Shown: positions 21,174-30,238 of the stretch, in pieces
How the letters are laid out: the number at the start of each line of letters is the position of its first letter
Position numbering within the stretch: position 1 is the first letter of the stretch
DNA from: Pseudomonadota bacterium
Lineage (GTDB): Bacteria > Myxococcota > JACRCW01 > JAFGSX01
Assembly (NCBI GenBank): GCA_043821645.1
Contig: JBDRCO010000031.1
Coordinates: forward strand, 25,322 to 89,321
DNA: 64,000 bases
Direction of reading: 5' to 3'
Notes under the pieces: generated by a model
Databases searched by the model: none
What the model was told of the DNA's origin: nothing
Seen by the model: only the letters and a program-made list of their open reading frames with translations
Made by a program: the position numbers and the translations under genes

Positions 21174-21538
21174 CCCTGCTGACCTGTCCTCGTTGCAGTA
21201 CCGTGCTGGACCGCGTGGCGGTGCAGGCCACCGAGGTGGACCGCTGTGGTGGCTGCGGCTGTGTGTGGCTGGATCGCGGCGAGCTGGGCGCCTTGCTCGC
21301 CGTGGAACCGACCGCCGTGGCAGAGCTGGTGAACGCCGGTGGACACGCCGCCGCGCCCCCCTTGCACGGCGCGATTGTCCTGGATTGCCCTGCGTGTGAG
21401 GGGAAGCTGCAGACTCTCGATCTGGGCCAGGTGAGGGTCGATCGCTGCACCGCGTGCCAGGGCTTGCTGTTCGACAACAAAGGTCTCGAACCCGGGCTCG
21501 CGCTGCTGCGCGCGGAAGCGAAGAAGCGCGGAGCCTGA
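21170..21538 (+). CDS. Tandem zf-TFIIB-like zinc-ribbon protein
   Basis: CPRC...DRCGGCGCVWLDRGEL and CPAC...DRCTACQGLLFD; ATGA overlap with the ParA gene. Confidence 0.85.
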   Translation: MTLLTCPRCSTVLDRVAVQATEVDRCGGCGCVWLDRGELGALLAVEPTAVAELVNAGGHAAAPPLHGAIVLDCPACEGKLQTLDLGQVRVDRCTACQGLLFDNKGLEPGLALLRAEAKKRGA

Positions 21539-21600
21539 GTCCCGGCATCCTCGGGCGCGGGGCCTCACGCAACAAGATACAGTCAGATTCCAGTTTAAAA

Positions 21601-22023
21601 TCAGGCCTTGGGCTTGGATTCGGATCCGGGCAGGGCGGCCTCGGCGCGTTCCGGCGCGATGCGCTTGAGCAGGCGCTCGGCCAGCTCCGGCGCCACCGTC
21701 AGCAGCTTGTCGATCACCGTGGCCTCGGGTTCGTCCAGGCACAGCAACTGCGCGCGGCCGCTGGGATCCACCGCCACGAAGGCCACCGGCTCGACCCGGA
21801 TGCCGCCGCCGGCTCCACCGACGCTGCCCTGTCCCTGGCCACTCTGCGGGCTGCTCTCCTCGGCGTGGCTGGTGAGCCCGCCCACGCCGAAGGCCAGGCT
21901 GAGCTTGCTGATCGGGATGAGCTTGGTGTTGCCAACCACCAGCGGCTCGCCGACCACGGTCTCGGTCTTGCTGATGTGATGCATCTCGTCGAGCAAGCGC
22001 GTGATCATGTTCTTGACGTCCAT
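21601..22023 (-). CDS. GerW/YtfJ-family protein
   Basis: TETVVGEP...IPISKLSLAFGVGG...GGAGGGIRVEPVAFV. Confidence 0.85.
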   Translation of the reverse strand: MDVKNMITRLLDEMHHISKTETVVGEPLVVGNTKLIPISKLSLAFGVGGLTSHAEESSPQSGQGQGSVGGAGGGIRVEPVAFVAVDPSGRAQLLCLDEPEATVIDKLLTVAPELAERLLKRIAPERAEAALPGSESKPKA

Positions 22024-22042
22024 GGATCTCCTCGTCACGCGC

Positions 22043-22735
22043 TCAGGGCGTGGCGCTCGTTGGCGACAGGGGCGCGGGCGCGGTGCGCAGCGGTGACGCC
22101 GGCGCAGGCACCCGCCGCAGGTTGGTCAACGCCAGCCAGGCTGCGCTCAGGGCCACCGCGACCAGCTGCAGGTCTGCGACAACGTGTGCGTTGGCGTCGA
22201 CCAGGGCGCGATCGAAGCGCGGCTCGATGTGGATGGTCGCACCGGTCACGGCGAGGGCGTGCAGCGTGCACAGCAGGCCGTACAGTTCGCCGGTGGCGGC
22301 GGGATCGTCGAGTCCCACGGCCAGCCGGCCATCGAGCCGGGTGATGCGGAAACGCGGCCTTTGTTGCAGCACCCACGCCAGGCCCTGGGCGAGGCTGAGC
22401 TGCAGCGTCCACCACCGCCTCGACGGTGGGGTCGCGGGCCTGGTCCCGGCATCGCGGGTCGCAGTGGTGGTCCCCAGCAGCCGTGCGCCTTCTAGGAACC
22501 GGCGTCCGAACAAGCTCAGACACCAGCCCACCACGCGACCTGCGCCAGGTTCGCGCTCGATCTCGAGGGCCACGGTGCCCAGCCTGGCCACCAGGCGCAC
22601 GCTCAGACCGCGCTCCGCGTCCGCGCTGCACCCCCGGACCTGTGCCTCCACCACCAGCCGCAGTCGCCACAGCGCGACCAGGCCGGCGAGGGCCAGCACG
22701 GCGAGAGCACCAAGCACAGCCAGGTCTGGACTCAC
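22043..22735 (-). CDS. DUF2953/YtfI-like membrane-anchored protein
   Basis: N-terminal TM helix; GLDDPAATGELYG and IEPRF; lies between two GerW-like genes. Confidence 0.7.
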   Translation of the reverse strand: MSPDLAVLGALAVLALAGLVALWRLRLVVEAQVRGCSADAERGLSVRLVARLGTVALEIEREPGAGRVVGWCLSLFGRRFLEGARLLGTTTATRDAGTRPATPPSRRWWTLQLSLAQGLAWVLQQRPRFRITRLDGRLAVGLDDPAATGELYGLLCTLHALAVTGATIHIEPRFDRALVDANAHVVADLQLVAVALSAAWLALTNLRRVPAPASPLRTAPAPLSPTSATP

Positions 22736-22738
22736 GGG

Positions 22739-23152
22739 TCAGCCCCCGTCCGCGGTGCTAGCGGGCGGTTTCGGCACTTTTTTCTCGTCGTCACCGAGCC
22801 AGCGGTCGGCCATGCGCGGGATCAGATCCACGGCCTTGGTCAAGGCGGAGGCGCGGCGGTGGCGCAGCGACTGCAGGTGTGCTCGCCCCTCGGGATCGAT
22901 GACCACGAAAGCCACCGGGGTGATGGCGATGCCGCCGCCGGCGCCGCCACTCTCCACAGAACCCTGCATCTTCTTCGTCGTCACCAGCCCGCCCTGGCCC
23001 TCGGCGCCACCCGTGCCAAAACCAATGGCAAGGTTGCACACCGGGACCACGCTGGTGCCCTCGACGTCGATGGGCTTGCCCACCACGGATTCGGTGCGGC
23101 CGATCTTGTGCAGCTCGGTGAGCAGGGTGCCGATCAGGTCCTCGATGATCAC
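22739..23152 (-). CDS. GerW/YtfJ-family protein (second paralog)
   Basis: TESVVGKP...VPVCNLAIGFGTGG...GGAGGGIAITPVAFV. Confidence 0.85.
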   Translation of the reverse strand: MIIEDLIGTLLTELHKIGRTESVVGKPIDVEGTSVVPVCNLAIGFGTGGAEGQGGLVTTKKMQGSVESGGAGGGIAITPVAFVVIDPEGRAHLQSLRHRRASALTKAVDLIPRMADRWLGDDEKKVPKPPASTADGG

Positions 23153-23272
23153 GGGAGCCTCCTCGCAGGGGCCCGCAGGCTAGCCCGGAACGCCCTGCGG
23201 GTCACGCCATGCGCGCGCGGTGCACTGGTGCGGCCTGCGGGCGATGCTATGCTGCGCGCAGGAGGTCTCGAC

Positions 23273-24208
23273 GTGGACTGCTTTCTGCTCGGCTCCGGCG
23301 GCATGATGCCCATGCCGGAGCGCCGCCTGAGCGCGCTGCTGGTGCGCTACCAGGGCTGCATGATCCTGTTCGACGCCGGCGAGGGCGTGCAGATCGGGCT
23401 CAAGGCTCTGAACCTGGGCCTGCGCGGTCTTGACGTGGTGGCCATCACCCACCTGCACGCGGACCATGTGCTGGGTCTGCCCGGCGTGATGATGCTGCGC
23501 ACGCAGATGCCGGATCCGGCTCCACTCACCCTGATCGGCCCTCCCGGGTTGCAGGATTTCGTGCAGGACCTGCATCGCAGCGTGCGGTTCTTCCTCAATT
23601 ATCCGCTCCACTTCGTCGAGCTGGACGAGGGCGCGGACCCGGTGGCATGGCGGGACGAGGACCTGGTGCTGCGCTGGACCCCGCTCGAGCACAGCACATT
23701 CTGCCTCGGCTACAGGCTCGACGAGCAACCGCGGCCAGGCCGCTTTGATCTCGCCCGAGCCCAGGCCCTGGGTGTGCCCCGGGGCCCCCTGTTCAGCCAG
23801 CTGCAGCGCGGGTTGCCCGTGACCCTGGACGACGGTACCTGGGTACAGCCCGAGCAGGTGCTGGGCCCGGCGCGCCGCGGCCGCTCCGTGGTCTACGCCG
23901 TGGACACGAGACCCTGCCAGACGCTGCGGACGCTGTGCCAGCAGGCCGACCTCGCCGTGCTCGACGGCATGTTCACCCCGGACGAGGTCGAGCACGCGCG
24001 GGACAAGCGCCACATGACCATGAGCGAGGCCGCGGAGCTGGCGCAGCAGGCGGGGGTCCGCCACACACTGCTCACCCACCTGAGCCCGCGTCATCGCGCC
24101 GACGAGGTGGCCACCCTCGAGCGCAGCCTGCGCGAGCGCTTCGCCAACGTTCGCATCGGTCGGGACGGCGACAGCGTGGAGCTGGCCCCGCTGGACGATC
24201 CAGCCTGA
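23273..24208 (+). CDS. rnz: Ribonuclease Z
   Basis: GGAGG RBS and GTG start; LGSGG, FDAGEG, THLHADH, exosite arm GVPRGP, DTRPC, THLSPR. Confidence 0.92.
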   Translation: MDCFLLGSGGMMPMPERRLSALLVRYQGCMILFDAGEGVQIGLKALNLGLRGLDVVAITHLHADHVLGLPGVMMLRTQMPDPAPLTLIGPPGLQDFVQDLHRSVRFFLNYPLHFVELDEGADPVAWRDEDLVLRWTPLEHSTFCLGYRLDEQPRPGRFDLARAQALGVPRGPLFSQLQRGLPVTLDDGTWVQPEQVLGPARRGRSVVYAVDTRPCQTLRTLCQQADLAVLDGMFTPDEVEHARDKRHMTMSEAAELAQQAGVRHTLLTHLSPRHRADEVATLERSLRERFANVRIGRDGDSVELAPLDDPA

Positions 24209-24218
24209 GAGCCTGCCG

Positions 24219-24782
24219 TCAGGAGGGTTTGGCCGGGCTCCCGGCCCCGAGCTGGATCAGCGTGTGCCGGATCTGTTGCACAGCCTGGGCCTGGGACGCT
24301 GCCACGGGTTCCTGGAAGCTGGCCTCGAGCAGGCGCAGCATGCGCACTGGCAATGCAGGATTCGAGGCTGCCACACGCTCCAGGGCCCACAGCACGCCCT
24401 CGAGCACCGGGCCGGTCTGAAAGCGTTCCGTCTCGCCGAGCAGGCCGATGAGCAAGGGCAACTCCTGGGCCTGGAATTCGGGCCGGTGCACCAGGATCTC
24501 CCCCACGGCCTCGGGGACTCCAAACGGCACGGCGCCGCTCTCGTCGCTGAGGAGCCACTGAAAGCCGCGTAGCAGCTCCCTCAGGACGCGCTCCGGGACC
24601 ACCGCCGCATCCGCGCACAGCTCACCGATGCAGCGCACGGCGCGCCACTTCTCGGCCTCGTCGGCGCTGCACAGCCGGCCACCAAGGTAGCGCAGGATGA
24701 GCAGGGGCCTGTCGCGCAGGGCCTGCTGCAGAGACGCTCGGTCGTCCTGCTGCCATGCTCTTGCCATTTCGTTTCGTCGCAT
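24219..24782 (-). CDS. HEAT/ARM-like hypothetical protein (DVU0298-like)
   Basis: Helical repeats; WLLSDESGAVPFGVPEAVGEI motif. Confidence 0.6.
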   Translation of the reverse strand: MRRNEMARAWQQDDRASLQQALRDRPLLILRYLGGRLCSADEAEKWRAVRCIGELCADAAVVPERVLRELLRGFQWLLSDESGAVPFGVPEAVGEILVHRPEFQAQELPLLIGLLGETERFQTGPVLEGVLWALERVAASNPALPVRMLRLLEASFQEPVAASQAQAVQQIRHTLIQLGAGSPAKPS

Positions 24783-24897
24783 GAGCAGACTCCCGTCTCC
24801 CTCAGATCTGCGTGGGCAATCGCCGCGCGTTGTGCGCTAATAGCAAATTCGCGCTGCGGACGCACGGCGTGGGGCGGCGCTCCAGGGTGATCCATTG

Positions 24898-25539
24898 ATG
24901 AAGACCCTACCCCTGCATCTCCTCCTCGATGATCCCACAAAAATCCGCGATGTGACCCGGGTGCTCGACGAGGGGGGCCTGGTGTGCCTGCCCTGCGGAG
25001 GCACCTACCGCATCGTCGCGGACCTCACCAGCGAGACCGCAGTCAATCATCTGTTCGCGTCCAAGGGGCGCACCCAGAAGGCTCCCTCGCTGGTCTTCGT
25101 CGACAGCGAGAAGATGCTGGCGCAGGTGGTTGCCGAGGTCAGCCCGCTCAGCCAGCGCCTGGCCCGTCACCTGTGGCCAGGTCCCCTGACCATCCTGTTT
25201 CCGGCGCACCCGGATCTGCCTGCCAAGGTGGTCAAGCAGCTGGTGCGTGCCAACGGCAAGATCGGGGTCCGCATTCCCGACGATCCCGTGGTGCGGCAGG
25301 TGCTCACCGCGTTCGGTCACCCCTTGCTGGTCTCCAGCGCCAACAAGCAGCGCAAGCAGGGCGCGGCCTCGCCAGCTCAGATCCGCAAGAACTTCGTCGG
25401 GCGGGTCGACCTCTTCGTCGAGGACGGCGACCTGGCGAGCCGGCCTGCCTCCACCGTGGTCAGCCTGGATGGTGAGCGCGTCTCGGTCACCCGCGCTGGT
25501 GCCCTGAGCGAGGAGCAGATCTCGGCAGCGGCTGGCTGA
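24898..25539 (+). CDS. Sua5/YrdC/YciO-family protein with a divergent first motif
   Basis: KGR, LWPGPLT, IGVRIPD, SSAN, STVV; PCGGTYR replaces the usual PT(E/D)TVYG. Confidence 0.85.
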   Translation: MKTLPLHLLLDDPTKIRDVTRVLDEGGLVCLPCGGTYRIVADLTSETAVNHLFASKGRTQKAPSLVFVDSEKMLAQVVAEVSPLSQRLARHLWPGPLTILFPAHPDLPAKVVKQLVRANGKIGVRIPDDPVVRQVLTAFGHPLLVSSANKQRKQGAASPAQIRKNFVGRVDLFVEDGDLASRPASTVVSLDGERVSVTRAGALSEEQISAAAG

Positions 25540-26460
25540 TCAGGGCGGCGGATCGTCCGTCAGCAGACCCTCGAACACGCCGAAGCAAGTGTGCGCCTTG
25601 CCGCCATGCTTGGCCTGGTACATGAGCCCGTCCGCACGCTGCAGGTAGTCGTTCACACTGGCGTGGTGTGCCGTCACGGTGAGCGCGCCCATGCTCAGGC
25701 CTAGAGGCCAGCCCTGGGCCTTGAACAGGCCCTCGAGGGCGTCGCGCAAGCGCTGCGCCGAACTGTGTGCCGCTGCCTCGGCCGTCTCAGGCAGGAGCAC
25801 CACCAGCTCGTCACCGCCGATGCGCGCCACCTGGTCCAGCTGGCGAAGGGTACGACGCATCTCGTCGACCACCGCGCGCAGAGCCAGGTCGCCCTGGGCG
25901 TGGCCGTGCCGGTCGTTGAGCTGCTTGAAGTTGTCCAGATCGATGTACAGCAGGCTCCACGGCCGGTTGCTCCGGCGGCCGCGCTCGAGCTCGAGCTCCA
26001 CCGCATCGAGCAGGGCGCGGCGGTTGAGTGCTCCGGTGAGCCCATCATGGGTCGCCGCCATCCGCTCCCGCTGCAGGGTCTCGCGGAGCTGTCCATAGAG
26101 CCAGGCAGCGACGCCAAAGAAAGCCAGCCGGGTCACACTGTTCCAAACCGCAATGACGGGATGGGTATACAGATGCCCGGCAGCGACGTCGAGCAGACCC
26201 CAGGTGATGGCGGCCAGGACCGCGGCCAGCAGCCCCCAGCGTCGGCCCGCGTAGTGTGCGACCGACACCACGGGGAACAGGTAGAACGGCGAGACTGCGA
26301 TCTCGAAGCCCGTCACCAGGTCCAGCACGCCAACGACGGACAGCCCGATGGCGCCGAGGACCAGTGCTGCCAGCGGTGACCGCGACGGCTGCCAGGAGGT
26401 GGCGAGCGCGGCACGCAAAGCGGCCTGGCCGTGCTCGTGAGGTGTGGGCTCCAGGCTCAT
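25540..26460 (-). CDS. Membrane-bound diguanylate cyclase (GGDEF family)
   Basis: Several N-terminal TM helices; DGLTGALNRR, DLDNFKQLND, HAQGD, I-site RQLD, RIGGDEL. Confidence 0.9.
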   Translation of the reverse strand: MSLEPTPHEHGQAALRAALATSWQPSRSPLAALVLGAIGLSVVGVLDLVTGFEIAVSPFYLFPVVSVAHYAGRRWGLLAAVLAAITWGLLDVAAGHLYTHPVIAVWNSVTRLAFFGVAAWLYGQLRETLQRERMAATHDGLTGALNRRALLDAVELELERGRRSNRPWSLLYIDLDNFKQLNDRHGHAQGDLALRAVVDEMRRTLRQLDQVARIGGDELVVLLPETAEAAAHSSAQRLRDALEGLFKAQGWPLGLSMGALTVTAHHASVNDYLQRADGLMYQAKHGGKAHTCFGVFEGLLTDDPPP

Positions 26461-28004
26461 TGCCGCGCCAGGGACAGCCCGGAGGCCGCGTAGCTGATAG
26501 CGGGCGCCCCTGCGGCATCCATGGCCAGGTCCGGCAGTCCGCCAGCGAGGCCCACCAGGTCCACGGTCGATACACTCCATCCCGAGACGCCCTGCCTGGC
26601 ATGCTGCACGCTGTCCTCGATGCCGTTGACATAGGCAATGTGTGCCAGACCGCTGTGGTCGAGGGCCAGCGCGGGATCGTGGCCCGCCTCGCCGCTGGCG
26701 TCGACGGTCTCCACTTGCCAGCCCTGGGCCAGGTGCACCGCGTAGCGCAGGGTGACCCGTGGCGAGTCCAGGACCCGGTAGGCCAGGTGGGCACGGTCCG
26801 CCTGATCCAGGGCGAGGGAGCAGGACCATCCGGCATCGCCCTGGCCATCGACGTCCTCGAACTGCCACGCGCCACCGCTGCGTATCCCGGCGCGCAGCAC
26901 CTTGCGGGTGACATCGTGGTAGCAGATGTGGATCCGCTGCTGCCCGTCCACCGCGATATCTGGCTGACCTGCCACGGTGGTCGCGCTGTCCACGGCCTCG
27001 TAGCTCCAGCCCGCAGGCTCTTGCCAGGCGTGCTTGAGCCGCTGTGCCACCGCATCCTGATACAGCACATGCAGGCGCCCGTCCGAGGCTGCGGCCAGGG
27101 CGAGGTAAGAACCCACGTCGCCAGTGGCGTCGACGGTCTCGACGCTCCACACGCCACCTGCCCGGTGCGCCACGCGCAGGTCGTAGTTCGAGGCATCGTA
27201 GTAGGCGATGTGCGGGTCGCCGGCCGGATCCAGGACCAGGCTGGCGTAGCGGCCCACGCTGGCGCTGCTGTCGACGGTGCTCAGTTGCCAGACCAGCCCG
27301 ATCCGGGTGGCGTGGCGCAGGGCATGCCCCGCCTCGTCGTGGTAGGCGATGTGGGGTACACCCTGGTCGTCGAACGCCAGGCTGCTGTACAGGCCGACCT
27401 GGCCAGCCTCGACACGCTCGATGGACCAGGCGCAGCAGGCCTCGGCACAGGGGTAGTAGCCGGCGTTGCACACGAAACCGCAGCTGCCATCCACGCAGGT
27501 GGCCGTGCCAGAGCTCACCTCGGCGCAGGGCGCACAGCGGTCGCCGCAGGAACTCGGCAGGTCGTCGCGCACGCAGGCGTCGGTGCACAGGTGGTAGTCA
27601 GGATTGCACTGCACGCCGCAGCGCACGCCATCGCAGGTGCTCTGGCCATTGGGATCGACCGCGCAGGGTGTGCAGCGATCACCGCAGTTCTGCACCGCGC
27701 TGCGGTCCACGCACTGGCCGTCGCAGTCGTGAAAAGCGACGTCACAGCCGCACACATGCAGCGCGGGATCGCAGCTCGCATGTTCCCCGCAGTCGCCGCT
27801 GTGCGCGCAGTAGCCCTCGGGTGGGCAGTCGCAGACCTCCCAGCGTCGCCCGTCGTCGGCGCAGCGCTGCACCCCGGCCACGCGCCCCGTGCACACGCAG
27901 CTCTGGGTCGTGCCCGGGTCGCAGATGGGCTCATCCGAGGGATCGGGCAAGCACGCCGCCGCGAGCGCGAGGCTTGCCCAGGTCAGGACCATCCGGATTC
28001 GCAT
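26457..28004 (-). CDS. Lipoprotein with Cys-rich repeats and C-terminal beta-propeller-like repeats
   Basis: Lipobox LAAAC; Cys-rich N-terminal half; repeated WxxETVD...G...SLALD..P.IAY.D units. Confidence 0.85.
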   Translation of the reverse strand: MRIRMVLTWASLALAAACLPDPSDEPICDPGTTQSCVCTGRVAGVQRCADDGRRWEVCDCPPEGYCAHSGDCGEHASCDPALHVCGCDVAFHDCDGQCVDRSAVQNCGDRCTPCAVDPNGQSTCDGVRCGVQCNPDYHLCTDACVRDDLPSSCGDRCAPCAEVSSGTATCVDGSCGFVCNAGYYPCAEACCAWSIERVEAGQVGLYSSLAFDDQGVPHIAYHDEAGHALRHATRIGLVWQLSTVDSSASVGRYASLVLDPAGDPHIAYYDASNYDLRVAHRAGGVWSVETVDATGDVGSYLALAAASDGRLHVLYQDAVAQRLKHAWQEPAGWSYEAVDSATTVAGQPDIAVDGQQRIHICYHDVTRKVLRAGIRSGGAWQFEDVDGQGDAGWSCSLALDQADRAHLAYRVLDSPRVTLRYAVHLAQGWQVETVDASGEAGHDPALALDHSGLAHIAYVNGIEDSVQHARQGVSGWSVSTVDLVGLAGGLPDLAMDAAGAPAISYAASGLSLARQ

Positions 28005-28139
28005 GTGGGCTCCTGCACGGACGCGACCTCGACGCTAGCACGTTCTGCGCGGCGCGATCCCGCTCCAGGAGGCAGGGCAGGTCCTGTGCGCTATGCTGCC
28101 CGGACGGTCCGGATCCCGGTGGATACGGCGGAGCCCGCC

Positions 28140-29066
28140 ATGATCCTGTGCGTGACCCTGCATACCAGCGTCGACCAGGCGCGCTGGGCGGCTTCCGCCG
28201 GGTTCCATCAGCCCACCTCTGACCTCATCGGCGAACGTGTCGCCGGCAAGGGTGTCAACCTGGCGCGGGTGCTGGCGACCCTGGGCTGTCCGGTGCGGGC
28301 CCTGGGCATGGTCGGGCAGCAGGATCGCGCGCGCTTCGAGACCGAGCTGGCGGCTCAGGGCATTGCGTCGGCCTGGGTCGAGGTCGCCGGACCCACGCGG
28401 CGAAACCTGACCACGCTGGACCCCTCGCTCGGCCTCGAGAGCCACGAGCGTCGGCCTGGCTTCACGGTGGGGCACGAGCAGGTCGAGGCCATGGCCCGGC
28501 TGCTCGAGGCGGAGGTTAGCGCCGGTGACCTGGTGGTGTTCGCAGGCAGCCTGCCTGACGGGGTGTCTGGTGCGCAGGCCATGGTGCTGGCTCGGATCTG
28601 CCAGCGCCGTGGCGCCGAGATCGCCCTGGACTCGGGTGGCGAGGTGCTGCGCCTCGGCCTTGACCTCGCACCCCTGCTCATCGCACCCAATCAGACCGAG
28701 CTGTTCGAACTCACCGGTGAGGCACGCGATGCCCCGCTGGAGGTGGCCCGTCAGGGCGCCACGCTGCTGCCCTCGGTGCGCCAGGTCATCGTCACCCTGG
28801 GGCCAGACGGGGCCCTGCTCATGGACGCGACCGCAGCCTGGCATGCGCGCGTGCACGTCGACCGCCCGGTGAGTTCGGTGGGTTGCGGCGATGCTCTGCT
28901 GGCGGGTTTCCTCGACGCCAGGCGGCAGCACAGGAGTCCTGCCGAGTGCCTGTGCCGCGGTGTGGCCTGTGGCGCGGCCGCAGCGATGCAAGCGCTCGCC
29001 GGGGACCTTGAGCTCGATGACGTCGAGACCCTGCAGCAGCGGATGGAGCTCGCGGCCCTGTGGTGA
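28140..29066 (+). CDS. 1-phosphofructokinase-family hexose kinase (PfkB)
   Basis: AGKGVNLA, AGSLP, LDSGG, PNQTE, VGCGDALLAG. Confidence 0.9.
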   Translation: MILCVTLHTSVDQARWAASAGFHQPTSDLIGERVAGKGVNLARVLATLGCPVRALGMVGQQDRARFETELAAQGIASAWVEVAGPTRRNLTTLDPSLGLESHERRPGFTVGHEQVEAMARLLEAEVSAGDLVVFAGSLPDGVSGAQAMVLARICQRRGAEIALDSGGEVLRLGLDLAPLLIAPNQTELFELTGEARDAPLEVARQGATLLPSVRQVIVTLGPDGALLMDATAAWHARVHVDRPVSSVGCGDALLAGFLDARRQHRSPAECLCRGVACGAAAAMQALAGDLELDDVETLQQRMELAALW

Positions 29067-29166
29067 AGAGCTGGCTACCTTCACAGCGGGTAGCGTGGCG
29101 CGACGGGTTCATCGGGTGCCTGCGCCGTGTTAGGGTGCCGGGTCACGCTGCTTTGCGAGGTGCTGC

Positions 29167-30219
29167 ATGGTTTACTCGGACAAGGAACAGGTGCAGGAGG
29201 GAAGCCTGCTTCCCACCGCCCCCCTGCTCGAGGAAGCCGAGCGCCTCAAGAGTCTGGCGCACCGTCATGAGCTGGAGCTCAGCCGTGAGGGGCTGACCCA
29301 GCGCGACCTGGCCACCTACGACAAGGCGCGCGACCAGGCCCAGCGTGAGGCGCAGCGCCTCGAGGATCCGCCGACCAAGCCCAAACCCCTGGACAAGGAC
29401 ATGGCGGCCGTGGTCGACCGCGCCTTGCGCTGGCGGGCCAGGCTGATCCACCGCGCCGAGCGCCTGCACACCGACGACCGCCCGGGTCGGCTCAAGTACC
29501 GCCGCGGTCTGTTGCTGCACAACCTTCCGGATCGCGTGTACGAGGAAGTCAGCCTGCTGCTCGAGATCGCCAAGGTGGATCTGCCGCGCTTCGAGCGGGC
29601 GCAGCTGCTGGATCAGGCCTTCATCGATGCGGGAGAGGATCTGCGCTACGAGCTCATGGGCTACCCCAAGCCCGACCGCGAGGCCTGGGTCAAGTACGAG
29701 CAGGCCAAGCGCACGCGCCGCTGGGGACCGCCACCGGAGCCACCTCCCGCGCTGCCCAAGCTGCCCGAGGTGATGGACAACGCCGCCACCGTGGCCGCCA
29801 TGCGCGGGCTTCTGTACAGCTACATGCGGCGCATCGCCGCCGCCGGCCAGGCCGCCTTCACGGTACTTGAAGGTCGCGAGCCCCGCGGTCATGCGGCCAT
29901 CCGGCAGGAGTTCGTGTTGCGTGTGCGACCCGCCGAGTACGACGCCACCATGCTCCACATCCTCGTCGAGGCCGAGGGACCCGCTCGCCGAGGCGTCAAG
30001 CAGGGCAGCACCGCGGCCGCCGCGCCCGATCCGTCGCCACACCAGCTCGCCCCGGAGCCACAGGCTGCGCCAGAGCCAGCACCAGCACGCAAGGAGCCTG
30101 CGCCGAGGCGCCTGGTCAACCCCGGTGGTGCGCCACCCGAGATCGGCGACACGCTCAAGCCACCGCCGCCCGGCGCCTACGGGTTGATCCGCCCCAGCAC
30201 CACGCGCGGGCGCAAGTGA
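29167..30219 (+). CDS. Hypothetical alpha-helical protein with Pro-rich tail
   Basis: GAGG RBS and ATG; GC3-rich codon usage; no family recognised. Confidence 0.75.
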   Translation: MVYSDKEQVQEGSLLPTAPLLEEAERLKSLAHRHELELSREGLTQRDLATYDKARDQAQREAQRLEDPPTKPKPLDKDMAAVVDRALRWRARLIHRAERLHTDDRPGRLKYRRGLLLHNLPDRVYEEVSLLLEIAKVDLPRFERAQLLDQAFIDAGEDLRYELMGYPKPDREAWVKYEQAKRTRRWGPPPEPPPALPKLPEVMDNAATVAAMRGLLYSYMRRIAAAGQAAFTVLEGREPRGHAAIRQEFVLRVRPAEYDATMLHILVEAEGPARRGVKQGSTAAAAPDPSPHQLAPEPQAAPEPAPARKEPAPRRLVNPGGAPPEIGDTLKPPPPGAYGLIRPSTTRGRK

Positions 30220-30238
30220 GCTCGGGCTCGCGTCAGGT

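Noticed and set aside
21601-23152. Evidence for endospore formation
   Set aside because: GerW-like proteins occur outside spore-forming Firmicutes, and no other sporulation genes are present.
26256-28139. Long N-terminal extensions in the ORF track (936-aa PfkB, 682-aa GGDEF, 1089-aa TPR kinase, 449-aa RNase Z)
   Set aside because: The extensions overlap real neighbouring genes; downstream starts with RBSs or stop/start overlaps fit the family N-termini.
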